A stretch of DNA of 63,935 bases, the filler included, from Salisapilia sapeloensis CBS 127946 (lineage: Eukaryota; Protista; Oomycota): the NCBI GenBank assembly GCA_023334545.1. It is 11 parts of 11 records of this genome, joined end to end, with 100 filler letters (N's around TTAATTAATTAA, not from the genome) between each part and the next. Parts side by side here need not be neighbours in the genome. Positions count along the whole stretch, not along the records: positions 16,691 to 41,667 come from JAADVB010000256.1; 10 more parts are not named here. One strand, 5' to 3'. This document shows, piece by piece, positions 20,210 through 32,818 of the stretch. The notes below the pieces were generated by a model, which was not told the DNA's origin, searched no databases, and was given only the letters and a program-made list of their open reading frames with translations. Positions within the stretch are counted from its first letter, which is position 1. Each line of letters opens with the position of its first letter. The position numbers and the translations under genes were made by a program.

Positions 20210-22925
20210 ATGGCCGGCGAGAAGCGATTGAACGGGGATGACAGCTCCGAAGAAGACGAGCCGATCGGTCCACGACCTTCCATACCTTCCAACGCATCCG
20301 TACGTTTCGTACATCCCATTTCTCTTTCTGTTGGTCACACAGGTGCCAGGAGAGGCGTCGATATCCACATCTGACGCTGACATTGTATTCATTGGCATAG
20401 CGTCAAAATGGGGAAGGGAAGAAAAGCTCAAGTCAAATCTCAGCTCCAGTGAAGGAAACACCTAAGAGTGAAAAGTTCCAGCGAAATTGGGAAGCTGTCG
20501 AGGCGGATCAATGGAATACTGATGCGTGGGTGGCACTCATGACCGAAGTACAGGAGCTGCCGATTGAAGAAGCTCGCTTTTACTATGACAAATTCTTTGA
20601 GCTCTATCCTACTTCGGTACGTAGCTAGTAGAGCCTGTGATTGTATATGTGTGTATGACGATGGACGTGACATGGGGTGAAAATGATGAATACAATCGCA
20701 AAAAGAAATATTTTTGCCATTTGGAAACACTCTCTTCCCAGTACGTTCAGTCCATCTGACCTGTCGATTTCATCCCATTCACACGATCACATCGTCTACT
20801 ATCGATCGACCCTAGCACCATATTAACCTTCAAATGCACTAGGGTCGATGGTGGAAAGCATACGCCGAGCATGAGCTCCAAAACCAGAACTTTGACCAAG
20901 TCCAGACGATCCTCCAAAAGTCTCTCAACGAACTACGTTGTCCTCATATCGATCTCTGGCGCTTCTACCTTTCGTTCACGCGAGTCGTCACGGTGGATGT
21001 CGCGGCGCAGAACCAACAGTCGAGCACAACGCCGTCTCAACCTGCCCCAACGTCATTACCGGAAGCCCATCACCTCATGTGCGAGGCTTTTGAACGAGCG
21101 ATCGACCGCATCGGTTTATCCATTCACGCTGCCCCGATCTGGCAAGACTACGTCACGTTCCTCATGGAAGATACGACCGGTCAGTACCTGCCTGCGACCC
21201 GCAAGGTCTTCCATCGAGCTCTCAGTCTGCCCATGCACAACATGGACCAGCTCTGGCGTGACTATGAAAAGTTCGAACGGTCGATTCCTAACAACGAAGT
21301 CTTGGCGCAAAACTCTTTCAAAGCGTTACGTCCAAAGTTCGATGCTGCACGAGCTGTCTTTAAAGATCGGAAGAAACTGATGGAAGGCATTAACTTATCT
21401 GCCCTTCCGGTTCCATTCTCTGCTCTAGATATCGAGAAAGAGACACTCGTGGCTCGTAATGAAGACTTGCCTCAATGGCAGAAACTGTGGAAGTTTGAAC
21501 TGACGAACCCCGAGCGATTGGATGCTCCTGGCTTGCAGAAGCGATTGAGATTTACGATGGAACTCATGGTTAGTTGTAAACGACAGTACCCAGAGATCTG
21601 GTACCAATTCGCTCGATTTGAAATGGACAGTGAAGACTTGGAAGCTGCGAATGAGGTCTTTGAACGCAGTCGAGTTGCTGTACCAAACTCGAGTCTCCTA
21701 TCGTTTGCCTGGGCAGACTTTCTTGAGCAACATCAACAGGATAAGGACGCTGCTAAGCAAGTGTATGAGCGTCTGCTTGAAGAGAATCCGTCTGCTTTGG
21801 CGTATATCGCGTACCAGCGGTTCGCTCGACGTGCTTATGGTATCAAAGCTAGTCGAGACGTGTTCAAGCGTGCGAGGAAGGATGAACGAGATGGTGTCGC
21901 CACGTACCACGTCTACGTCGCTGCAGGTATGTGCTTAAACTTATTCAAATCCTATTGTACATGTAGATGCTAACTTTGTGATACATCTAGCGCTGCTGGA
22001 GTACTTTAGTGACAGGTCGGACGCAGGAAAGGTGGTCGCGTTGAAAATCTTTGAGCTAGCCTTGTCCAAGTTTATCGAAAATGCTGACTTTGCCGTCTGC
22101 TATCTCGACTTTCTCAGTCATACACATGACGAAACGAATCTACGTGCGTCGTTCGAAAAGGTACTTGCGGTCATGCCGACCGACAAGTCTCGACCGATTT
22201 GGGATCGTTACGTTGACTTTGAACACAAGTTAGCGCTTAATGGTGGTGACTTGGCTGCCGTGTCCAAGGTCGAGAAACGACGAGCGGAAGCATTCCCGGA
22301 CTCGCCGTATGTGGAGACACAAGGACTCTTGAGTGTTGCGCATCGGTACTCGTTCTTGGACCTGACATCGCCAGATACGGAGGACCAGAGCTTCTTTTCC
22401 ATGTACCGTCGGAGTGTTGAGGCTCCGTCCGCTGCATCGATCAGCACGACAGGTGCAGCAAGCTCTGTCCTCTTTGCATCTGGAGCTACAGCTAAGCAAG
22501 GATCTGGTCCACTTGCAGATGCAGATGACGCACAGGCGAGTGGTCTCAATAGCACTGCGGACGGTGGTTTCCAGATTTCCGAGAAACAGATCCCAGGTCC
22601 ACCGTTGCCAGACTTTTTGAAAGAGTTCGCTACGATGCTGCCGCTCAACTTGCCTTGGAACGGCCCGATTGCAGATGTCGAGCATATCTATCGCACCATG
22701 CTCCTGGTCGACTTCCCGCCTCGGTCTCAGATCGAACGTCTCGCGGAGCAACAGGAGCAACAACAGCAACAACAACAACTCGCTCAGCAACACATTCAGC
22801 AGTTGCAAAAGCAGGACGGCACCGGTATGAACGATGGCGATGATGTGGAAGGTGTCGTGAGCAAGCGACCGGCACATGATGTTTTCCGCTCTCGTCAAAA
22901 ACAAAAATTGGCCAAGCTAGGATAG
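20210..22925 (+). CDS. CSTF3: Cleavage stimulation factor 77-kDa subunit (Suf/RNA14, HAT-repeat protein), 4 exons
   Basis: DAWVALMTEV...ARFYYDKFFELYPTSGRWWKAYAEHE, IDLWRFYL, AFERAIDRIG, WQDYVTF, RKVFHRALSLPMHNMDQLWRDYEKFE, YPEIWYQFA, SRDVFKRARK, IFELALSKF. Proposed introns about 20300-20400, 20617-20842, 21928-21990. Poly-Q near the C-terminus. Confidence 0.9.
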
Positions 22926-23017
22926 TTTGCTGTCGTTTACGTCGATACAGGGCGGTAGTTCACAAGAGCATTCATGCAACATGCACAGATAAAAAAGACG
23001 AATGGAGACATTTTCGA

Positions 23018-26000
23018 CTACTTGTTTGTTTTCTTTTGCTGATGCTTTTTGAAGTTGATCACGACGGATGAAAAGCCGAGCTCTTCATTCCGTTGTAAAT
23101 CCGATGCAGATGATTGCGCATGACCTTGGACGTCAGTAGAGCGTGAGACGCCAAAGCCATCGATCTGATCTAGATGGCTCAGGTCGTCATCTGAATCCGA
23201 ACCGAGGATTTCCACGTCGTCTTCGTCATTCCCTCTGTCGTTTCCAATAGCGTCTTGGTCGTTCTCATCTTCATAGGCAGAAACAAGATCGAGTGGAGCC
23301 CACTCCTGAAGTGCTTCGGATTCATTCTCCATCGATCTGCTGTAGTGATGGCTTTCAGGGTACAGAGAAGATAGGAGAGTGCCTGGTTGGGTGCTCGTGT
23401 CCTTGACACCTAAACTATAGATTTCATCATTCGAGTGGATAAAGTCTTGTAAGACTTCAATCGCGTGACTCAAACGTGGTATGAGCTTTGCTTCCGTCGC
23501 AGACACAGCACGACGCTTGTGGTGTGTCTTCCCATATACTTTTGCCATGAGCTCATTGTTCCATCGACCTCTAGCCGGTCGTTTTCCGTCAGGTGTTGAA
23601 GGATCCGCAGACGTAGACTTGGTGAAACTATGCTGCATACGGAGTGTTGCTCGCTCTTGATATGTCTGTGAAAGGTGCTCGAACGTGTTCACGAGAGACT
23701 GTCCGATACTGAAGAGCGTACTCAAGTGGGTAATCTCTGTAGCTTGGCTATCCTGTTCCTTGGTCGAACTTCTCCAATTCACACACTTCTTAAGCATCGG
23801 CTTCAACGCCTGAACGATCAATATCCCACCACGTAGTACGAGCATATTCGTCTTGTTCGGAAGATCAAATCCAGACTCTTCTGCTTCCACGTAGACGCTC
23901 AAACAATTCCGAATGACAAGGATTGCCGCTTCCCACGTAGCAAACGGACTTGTTCTGCTACTCTTCTTCTTATCATCTTGCTTTGGCCGATGGATGGCAG
24001 CTCGATGGAGAGAAGCAACGGCACAGACAAAGATAGTTTCGAGGAAGATTGGTAGCGTTTCATTCGTCAATGTCTTGAGTATAGTGTGCTCGCCTTCTCT
24101 CACCACACTACCTCCTTGTTCATCCGGTAAAGCATTCGTACTTCCATCACTTGCCACAATCTTTCTCCGTTTCTGTTCTACAGACGCTCCAGTCTTTGAC
24201 TCTGTTTCAGATGCTGCAGCCTGGACAAGTGATTGCATTGCCTGCGTGTACTCGTCTAGAATGAACAGTCCATCTAAGGTGGAGGTAGGTAGCACGTAGG
24301 AGCTGATAATAAGGAAGGAGATGTACGACATGTCTGCTGACTGGCATCGAAAGTAGGACAAGGAGCATGATGTGCCTCGTTCGAGACTAGTGATCGAATC
24401 TGGAAGCAAACGCACTGCAATAGAAGACACGCCAGAGGATGACATGTCACCTGCATCGTACATATCCGGTTCGAAGGACTCTGTCGCTGGAAATGGTTGA
24501 CGAAGAAGAGCGATACATAACTGACCCACCGCTCGCTGGCGTCTCGTGTACAAACACAGGACAGCGAGGACTTCCGTGATACCGCACGCTAGTCGTGGAT
24601 CCCACGTCATTAAGCTTTGGTGTTCTAGGAATCGATACAGGACCTCTCGACACTCACGTGAAGATTGTTCCTTGCCTTTTAAGGCTGACCTAGTCCCTCT
24701 AGCGAGTAGCTTTACAATATCATCTTCCACCGGACCAACACGATCAGCATTAGCAGAAGACATGGGCGACTTCCCTTCCCTACTCTTGTCTAAAAGGACA
24801 ATGATGAGCTGGTAGATGCAGTTTAGCGTTCGTGTCGCCATCTCCTGGTTCATGCTTTGTAAGGTCTTGTCGTCTGCTTCCTCTTCGGGGTCCATGTCAC
24901 CATCTTGCGTTTCCTGTCGCTCCCGCACGTACGCACTGAGTTCATTCGCTCGGAATGTAAGGTACTTGAGCATCCGTCTTCCAGACTTTCGAGCAAGAAT
25001 ACCATACAAAGCGCCATTGGACTGTAGCTGATCTGATGCGACGGACATGTACGTCGCTTCCACTGTTAATCCAGCCTTCACATACTTTCTCAAGACTTGT
25101 AGCAAAGCAAGTTCCTGCGAAAATGTTAGCTCTACATCACCTGTGCCTTCCCACATACTTTCTAGCACCAGACAAACGACAAACAAGTCGATACTAAAGA
25201 GAGAGCCATGGATGACAGCAGTCTCTGCCGAGTAAAGTTCTCCACGCAACAGTTTCTCCGCCGTCTGGAGGTGGGAAGACAACCAAGTCTCTTCATCTTG
25301 ACTCATACTCGTGCTGGTGTTTCTAGATGACTTACTAAGCTGACCACGATGAACGATCAAGGCTGTCACAAGTTGTTCGTGAAGAGCCAAGCACGTTCGA
25401 AGTCGTTTCCAAAGACGTTCACGCGCTACTTTCTGCTCCGGCTCGTTTTGTGTAGAAGTGCGGAGGACAGTTCGTCCAAGGCTGTTAACTGTTGCGACCG
25501 CAACGTCCAGTGCACAGATCAAACTCCATATCAGTCGATTTAAATCTGCTGGCGCGACGGCAGCACACCCATCGCTTGTGTCTAGTGACTTGTACTCTTT
25601 TGGAAGCACAAAACCAGAGTCCAACATCGCGTCTTGTTGCTGTAAAGAAGAGAAAGCTAAGGAGCTTTTATACAGTTCACGGAACAATGCAAGCTTATGC
25701 AATACTGTGCGTTCGATACTACGCTGCAATGTACTTAAGTCCGATCGACTGCCTTCGAATGAGTCATTGCTCAAGTGCGAAGACGCCCCTCCGAGCTGCA
25801 TCTTTAGTGTAAAGGCAGCTACGTCCGCAACGAGACGCTCACCATTCGAGCTGTCACCATCACTAGCATCAAAAGCAGTGACTACATCTTGACTAGAGCG
25901 ATCTACATCTTGTACGGACTGCTGGGACTTAGGGCCCCGGTGAGAAGTCTCTTGATACAAGTCTCTAGGTTTCCACACGAGACCTTTTGCTCTAAACACA

Positions 26001-27844
26001 TCTGCCACAAGAGACGTGCACTGCGAACGTTGCTCACTTGTCGTGACATTCCGTAAGAACCCTGGCGTATCTACATAGGCAGAGGTAGGAGCTAGGCCTC
26101 GCCGTACAAGTCGCAAGACATGCAACAACGTATCTTCCGCACTTGCAGCCGTCAGTAGTCGAAGTAACCAACTCACGAGCATATGTCGGTCTCGTTCTTC
26201 ACCTAGTGCTGTGTGCTGCAGCACGTGCCCAGCGAGGAAGACTGCCATGAGCTGTTTGACACTCGATTGTCGTTGCCCAGACGTCATGCGAGCACTTGGC
26301 TTTGGCAAGAGCGACTGCTTTTGAATCGTAATCATAAGAAGCGAATAGACACCTCGTTCATGAGCTGTGAGCGCAACCATCGTCTGGCACAAGAGGTCGA
26401 GGATGATCGGAGGGTAGCCGCCTTCACTCGAACCTGTCGAGTTATGAACACCAGAGGCAATTGTGTGTAAATGATCTAGAAAGAGATGTGCGTAAGGAGC
26501 TAGTGTCTTTGGGTTCGTCTCGGATAACGCTGCGAGGCGTTTAACAACGATCTGAGCGACATGCCACGACAGAGAGAAGGCAGAAGACTTGGACGTTGTG
26601 TTCGATAGAAGAACAAGCTTCTGTGGCTGGCTACTGAGGCTGAGAAGCAATGTCAATGCCTACGAAATACATCATTTAGTAGTGAACTATTTACACTAGC
26701 GTAAGAAGAGTTACATCATCATGTGCAGTGCTTCGACAGTCGATCAGCTTGATGAGAGCATCCGTCGCCATCGAGATAAGACCTGTAGCCAAAGCCTGTT
26801 TAATATTCGCTTCAAAGCTGACACCGATGAGGAAGCTGCAGAAGCGGACAAAAGAAGGCAGCAAGCTGGACCACTCTGGCTGGATAAGTATGTTCGCTGT
26901 ATCGATGACAACTTGCTGCTGGAACCTGCCTTGCTGAGCTATGAACGTTGCAACACGAATCGCTCGTTCGTTTTCAATGCTTTTACCCATGAGCATCGTC
27001 AAGAACAAAATATCAAAGGTTGTCAAGGGATCTGCGTGGCGTATAGTGCGTAGGAATGCATTCAAAGGCACTGATCCTTTGATTGCAAATCGAGCTATCA
27101 CCTAGAAAAACAGCATTAACCCATACTCCTACTGGTGCACCTAATCAAATGGCAAATGGACGTACCTCAAATGCAAGACTGAGTGTCCCCGAGTTAATGC
27201 GATTGCATTCATCTCGAAGCTTGGAAACAATAGATGATGCAGAGGCCGAGGTTGCCATTGATAGCAGACTTTGCACCACTGTGGGCATGTCCTCCTCTGC
27301 TGCTGCTGTCAGTCGATCCTACTAGTCCATCCATCTCGTTAGAAATACAGAATAGAGAAATTTCAAATGAGAAAGCTACTTGTGTCGCATCCATGACAGC
27401 CTTCTTATCAGGTGTATCTAGTGGTAGATCTGCTAATGAGCCTAGAATCGGCACTAGCAAAGCACGGTCACTAGCTAGAAGCTCCAAATACGCTTCTACG
27501 ACTAATTTGACACACGTCGGAGAGAGGTAGGTCATTCTGGACAAGTGATGGATGACAACTTCGCGGTGTTCACTGATGAAAAGGAGCGACAATGCATCCG
27601 AAGTGAGCTCAGGCGTCGGTGGTACAGCGTTTGCAAGTAATCTTAGCAACGTATTAACATCATCCGGACGATCGTCCTCTTTCGTCTTAAGTCGCTCTAG
27701 TATTAAATGTGCCGTATCCAATTTCTTGGACGAATCGGATGACTTAAATAAAGTCCGACAAGTAGATAAAGCAACCTCGATCGGTCCATCCGTGATCGCA
27801 TCATCAAATGCATCCACAGACGTGTTCCTACTGCCAATGTCCAT
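23018..27844 (-). CDS. FANCD2: FANCD2-like Fanconi anaemia DNA-repair protein (multi-exon)
   Basis: LLVPILGSLADLPLD...EEDMPTVVQSLL...IVSKLR and AFLRTIRHADPLTTFDILFLTML follow the FANCD2 N-terminal pattern. MITIQKQ resembles the LVIRKQL mono-ubiquitination site. Assembled from ORFs 27209-27862, 26691-27101, 23018-26656; exon borders approximate. Confidence 0.65.
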
Positions 27845-28003
27845 TTTAAATGTCCTTGGCACACATTTTGGCGGTAGTTTTCTTGGTCCGTTTTATTTAT
27901 TCATTTCCTACGAGGTATACCAACTATGAAAAGGGTGTAAATATGTGATATTAAGGACAGGACATGCCAAACTCGAAACAAGAGAGAAAACGTCCAAGAA
28001 CCA

Positions 28004-28813
28004 ATGGAAAGCTTACAGCAGGACCAAGTCTTCGATGGCGAGACATCTAGCGGGATGCACACGGGCCTCTTGGCCGATGCGACAACGACAGACAGGAACG
28101 CTAGTTACAACACGTCTCGTGGTTTCGCAGCGACGCAGGAACTAACGAACGATGCGCTCGTACCGGACGCTGAGAGCGAAGTCGGTCGAGGTGGGAACAA
28201 GCGAGAGCTGTCGCCGTTCTTGCGTGGTAAAATCGTCGGTGCGTCTGAGTTCGGAGCGTCGATACGGAACATCGCTAAGCGATATGGTATTCCGAAGTCG
28301 ACCGTCCACAATACGGTCCAGAAAGCGATTACTCGACCGAATGATGGCAAGTCTTTACCTCGACACGGTCGCCCGCCGATTTACAATCTCCAGGAAGAAC
28401 AGGCGATCGTGAACAAAGTACAGGAGAAACCAGACATGTCATTCACAGAGCTACGCCAAGTTACTGGTACGAAACTGTCGGCTGCGACAGTTCGTCGTCT
28501 ACTTAAAAAGCACGGCATCAAGTACGGTGCTGCGAAAGGTGTCTTGACAAAGACTCGGAGCAAGTCGGAGGAAGCAGCATTCGACCCGAGTGCAGCCCAC
28601 CCACCGAACGCGTACACGCCGAATACGATGTTTATGACTGGCCAACAGATCGCCATGAGCGACACGATGGGATCAGACGCACGGACGACGGAAGACACGA
28701 TGGCTGCCTTCATGCAGAGCATGGCGTCCTCTGCTAGTGCAGGTTTGCAATCGCAAGAGATGAGTGGTAACGGCATGGACGGCAATCCGCACGTGGATCA
28801 CGCGAGTGTCTAG
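28004..28813 (+). CDS. Protein with a Tc1/mariner-type bipartite HTH DNA-binding domain and no DDE domain (putative domesticated transcription factor)
   Basis: KRELSPFLRGKIVG...SIRNIAKRYGIPKSTVHNTV...GKSLPRHGRPPI...PDMSFTELRQVTGTKLSAATVRRLLKKHG. Intact 269-aa ORF with low-complexity flanks. Confidence 0.8.
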   Translation: MESLQQDQVFDGETSSGMHTGLLADATTTDRNASYNTSRGFAATQELTNDALVPDAESEVGRGGNKRELSPFLRGKIVGASEFGASIRNIAKRYGIPKSTVHNTVQKAITRPNDGKSLPRHGRPPIYNLQEEQAIVNKVQEKPDMSFTELRQVTGTKLSAATVRRLLKKHGIKYGAAKGVLTKTRSKSEEAAFDPSAAHPPNAYTPNTMFMTGQQIAMSDTMGSDARTTEDTMAAFMQSMASSASAGLQSQEMSGNGMDGNPHVDHASV

Positions 28814-29003
28814 ACTGATGACGATAGTGGATGGATTTGAAAGGGTTTGACGTGTATCTTGTTGCTCCGTTTCATCTCGATTCTATTTTTGCCTTTGGAA
28901 GGACAGTATTTTTACTCAATATTCGTTTCATTTGGTCCTGCTTTTCGCTTGTCAGTTGAGAATCTGCAGGAAAGGGCGTAGAGCTGTTCAGGACGACGAA
29001 AGG

Positions 29004-32000
29004 ATGGAGATGGAAAGTAGAGTACCTGACTTTGCCAACGACCTCCATGATCTCTTTCAAGACGATGCCATGGATAGTAAGAATAATAAAACGGGAGAAC
29101 AAGACGATGGACATGAATCGGACGCTAGTCTTGAAGATGAAACGGCCGTTGATCCGAACTGGAATACTACTCATAACACTGGAGAAGTTACGGATGCAGC
29201 TTTAGACGAAGACGCAACTTTTATGACAGAGCCACCGGCTAGTGATAAGGCTACAGTAGTGACTGCCGAACCGAATACCTTGGACGATGGAGATTACATT
29301 AAACCTGCTATCACGGACGTCAATGGAAGTCTTGATGAAATGGAAGTACACGATGATTCAGACGAGATTGAGATGCCTGCTGGGTTTGGAGACGAAGAAG
29401 ATGTACCATCTGAGGAAGAGCAACAGCAGGAGGTTTCTAATAAAGAACAAGATAGCGAGGTGACTGCTGATGGTGTCTCTAGTAATATTGCTTCCGCAGA
29501 GAATGAACAAGACGTGGAAATGTCTACTATGGGCGATCATGAAGCTGATACACGCATCGAAAAAGGACACGAAGATAACATACATTCTGATGAAAGAGCT
29601 GCGGAGGATCAAGTTAGTGACGATGTACACGAGGAGATGCCTAATGGAAGTGAGCACGAAGAGAACGTTACTGTTGATAATGGACACGAAAATAAGGTGT
29701 CTTCCGAGGAAAAAGATGAAAATGGTTTCCATGATGGTGATGGACACATAAATGAGGTGCCTGCAGAGGTCACACACGAGACTAAACTCACTGAAGAGAG
29801 TGGTCACGAGAATAAAACGCCTACAGAAGACGTGCAGGATAATAAGGTTTCTGCGGAGGATGAAGTTGAAAATGTTATGCCTGCTGCTGATACAGACGAG
29901 ATTGAAGAGTCTGCTGCTGAAGAGGATATGAATGAGGAATACGCTGAGAACGAAGTCGATGAGAAGCCTGCTCCCCGGAAGAACAGCAAATTTATCCGTT
30001 TCCTAAGCAAGTATCCATCGAACCGCGACTTGTCTGATCTGCCCGAGTCTCCAGAGAAACCAGTTCGTGCGAAAAGTGCGCCACCTTCCAAACCAGCCAA
30101 GATTGTTCGTACTGAGAGTGCTCCACCTCCAGCTCCTGCTGCTCCAGTCATCAACAGGACGAAAGTCGAGCGTCCACGAAGTGCATTGAGTAGATCGCGT
30201 CCTAGCACTTCCACCAGTACAGTCAACCGGCCTTCGCAAGAAACGAAGGAGCGTACAGTGTCCTCTAGCCAACAAAAGGACTCGAAACCTGCCAACGCAC
30301 GACCTTCATCGGCATTGAGAAAGACACAATTCGCTAATCCAGTAGCGTCTGAAGCTATGAACCGTCTGTACAACGATGCGAAAGAGTCTGAGAAACGAAA
30401 GGAACTCATGCGAGCAGAGATGGACTCGGAGTGTACCTTTGCTCCGAAATTGAACAGGCGCCGTGCAACCCCGTATCCGACACGATCCCAACTTGCCACG
30501 CAAGAAGCAGCAGGAAAGTCACGACGTCGATCGGTTAGCAAGCAAACTGACTTTTCGTTCAAGCCGAAGATCACTTCTCGTGGTAACAATAGCAAGGCAA
30601 CGGGATCCGGACCTCGTTATGAAAGTCTGTACAAGGATGCTAGCGAGCAGCAGCAGAAGCGTGAGTCAAGGAGCCGTCGCATGCAAGAACAGGATGGTTG
30701 TACGTTTAAACCTCACATCAGCGATAGGGCTATGCACACCAAGTCCAAACCACTTTATGACGCTGATTATGTCAAGCAGAAAAAGTTGCAACGAGAGCAA
30801 CAGAAACTGGAGTCGGAGATGAAGGAATGTAGCTTTAAGCCTCATGTGAGTGCACGGAAGGCAGCTACTGGTGGCGACAAGACCCTATCTATCTACGATC
30901 GTCTGTATCAGAGCAGCAAGCAGAAGCAGGAGAAGCTGAACAAGATGCGTCATGACCGTGAAGAGCAAGAAAAGAGCGCAACGACTTTTCGACCAAAGGT
31001 TAGCAAGTACCCGACGAAAAAGGAAGGTGGGAAGAAGGAGTCGGTGTACGACCGGCTGTACATGAAGGACTACCGACAGTCTGTGGCTGCGCAACGTGAG
31101 CAGAAGAAATTGGAAGAAGAGAAGAAGGCGCACACGTTCAAGGTAGATCGTGTTCCATCTACACAGACGTAGATGATGTATGAACCTTATGACCTGATAG
31201 CCAGAACTTCGTAAGAGTGAGCTGTGGCAACCCAAGGAGGTTGTAGAAGAGCCAAATAAAGGAAGTATCTTTGAGGTTTGTCTTTACGTTTGTCTACGTC
31301 ACGCTTAACGCATACATTGACATGCTTTTGCGAATAGAGACTGTATGGAGAAAAGGAGAAAGTCAAGGAAAAGATTGTCATTGGAGAAGAGCTGCGTCTG
31401 CAGAAAGAGCTAAAGGACTGCACCTTTCGACCTCAGATTGACGTGCCATCCACACTGAAAAAGCAGTTGGAGGACAACACGCCGGTTTGGGATCGTTTAC
31501 TGACGTACGATAAAGGGCAAGTTGTTGCTGAGCGAGAGAAGAGGAAAGAGGAGATGGAGTTGGAGGAATGCACGTTCCGTCCGAATATCAAGCCGAAGGA
31601 TAAAGAAATATCCGTGTCCTTTGCGCTGGATGGACAGCGTGAGAATTGTGAAGATAGTGTGGCTAAATACCGGTCTTTGCGTCGAACGAAGAGTGAGCGG
31701 GCCCCGAACAACACTGTGTCAAAGCGTAGCTCCATGCCGGATGTACCACACTATGTTCCATTTTAATAAATGATGCTTACGAGTAAAGTAAATGGATTTG
31801 TTATGGTAATAGCGCCGAGCGATTAAAGACATCATCCGAGACTCGAACGTCGTTCTATCCATCCCGGAAGGATCGTCGGCAGGTAGTCTGCTTTCACGCA
31901 GTTTGCCTAACAGTATCAATTCCTCCGATCTAAAGTCTGCTCGTCGACAGAGCGCAACTTCGTCTCCACTGCTTAAAGAGAGCTCCTCCTCCGTGCCAAA

Positions 32001-32247
32001 GCAGATGTATAGTCAGCTCTATCGACACCACAGCGTATCGGCAATGGATAATATACGCCCTGGAGGAAAAGAGAAACAAGGGAAGGCTACATCTGCTGTC
32101 ATGGACCTAGAGGTAACTTGACATATTGTAGCTCATGAAGTGGAGGATTAACCTTTGTTGAAGAGTTCTATACGCAAAAAGCTTTTTCAAATGAATGATG
32201 ACTCGGCTGCTGCCATCGAAGCAGAAGCAGAAGGCGAGTTCTTATAG
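29004..32247 (+). CDS. Large acidic-N-terminal protein with 8 RLY...(C)TFxP repeats (putative microtubule-associated protein), about 5 exons
   Basis: Repeats ECTFAPKL, DFSFKPKI, GCTFKPHI, ECSFKPHV, ATTFRPKV, AHTFKPEL (across a splice), DCTFRPQI, ECTFRPNI. In-frame GT-AG joins extend the ORF to TAG 32245-32247. Confidence 0.7.
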
Positions 32248-32818
32248 ATATAGATATGGATTATAAAACGCAAGAGGACTGCATATACTTTAAACTTGTC
32301 TACAATTAAGTCACTTAACTAGACAGTCTAGATAGAACTTGCAGAGCGGATATAGCAATACTAATTGGTAGTAACCTGAGCAATTGTGCTCATGACATTC
32401 CGTGCTATGCTCGCAAATTTGATACTTGGCATGCACTCCACACGAGTTCGATGAGCCATCAATGCAGGATCCTGCTTACCTTCTTTATCTTTGAGTACAC
32501 GTACCCACAAGTACAATGATAGTTTGGATGGTAAGCAATCCATTGTGGTAGATGACCTCCGTTCTACTGACACTCAAACTGATCCAAAGTTCCAACTACC
32601 TACCACCACGAGAATACTTTTTATTCAAACAATTCCATGGACGGCATACAAGTTGAGCTCGACCAGGATGCCATCTTAATGAGGCTGAACCTCTTGATCA
32701 GGCAGACACCACTTCAACACACCTTCAATACAATAGATTTTGCACCAATAAGAGGATTCAATCGCATCCTAGCTTCGGATGCGATCCGTCACACTTCATT
32801 TCGCACTATCCGAGCGAC

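Noticed and set aside
28004-28813. Active Tc1/mariner transposon
   Set aside because: No DDE domain, TIRs or TA duplication visible; reported instead as a possible domesticated gene
32250-32800. Possible small minus-strand multi-exon gene between the repeat protein and the HAD hydrolase
   Set aside because: Several donor-like sites, but I could not build a consistent reading frame
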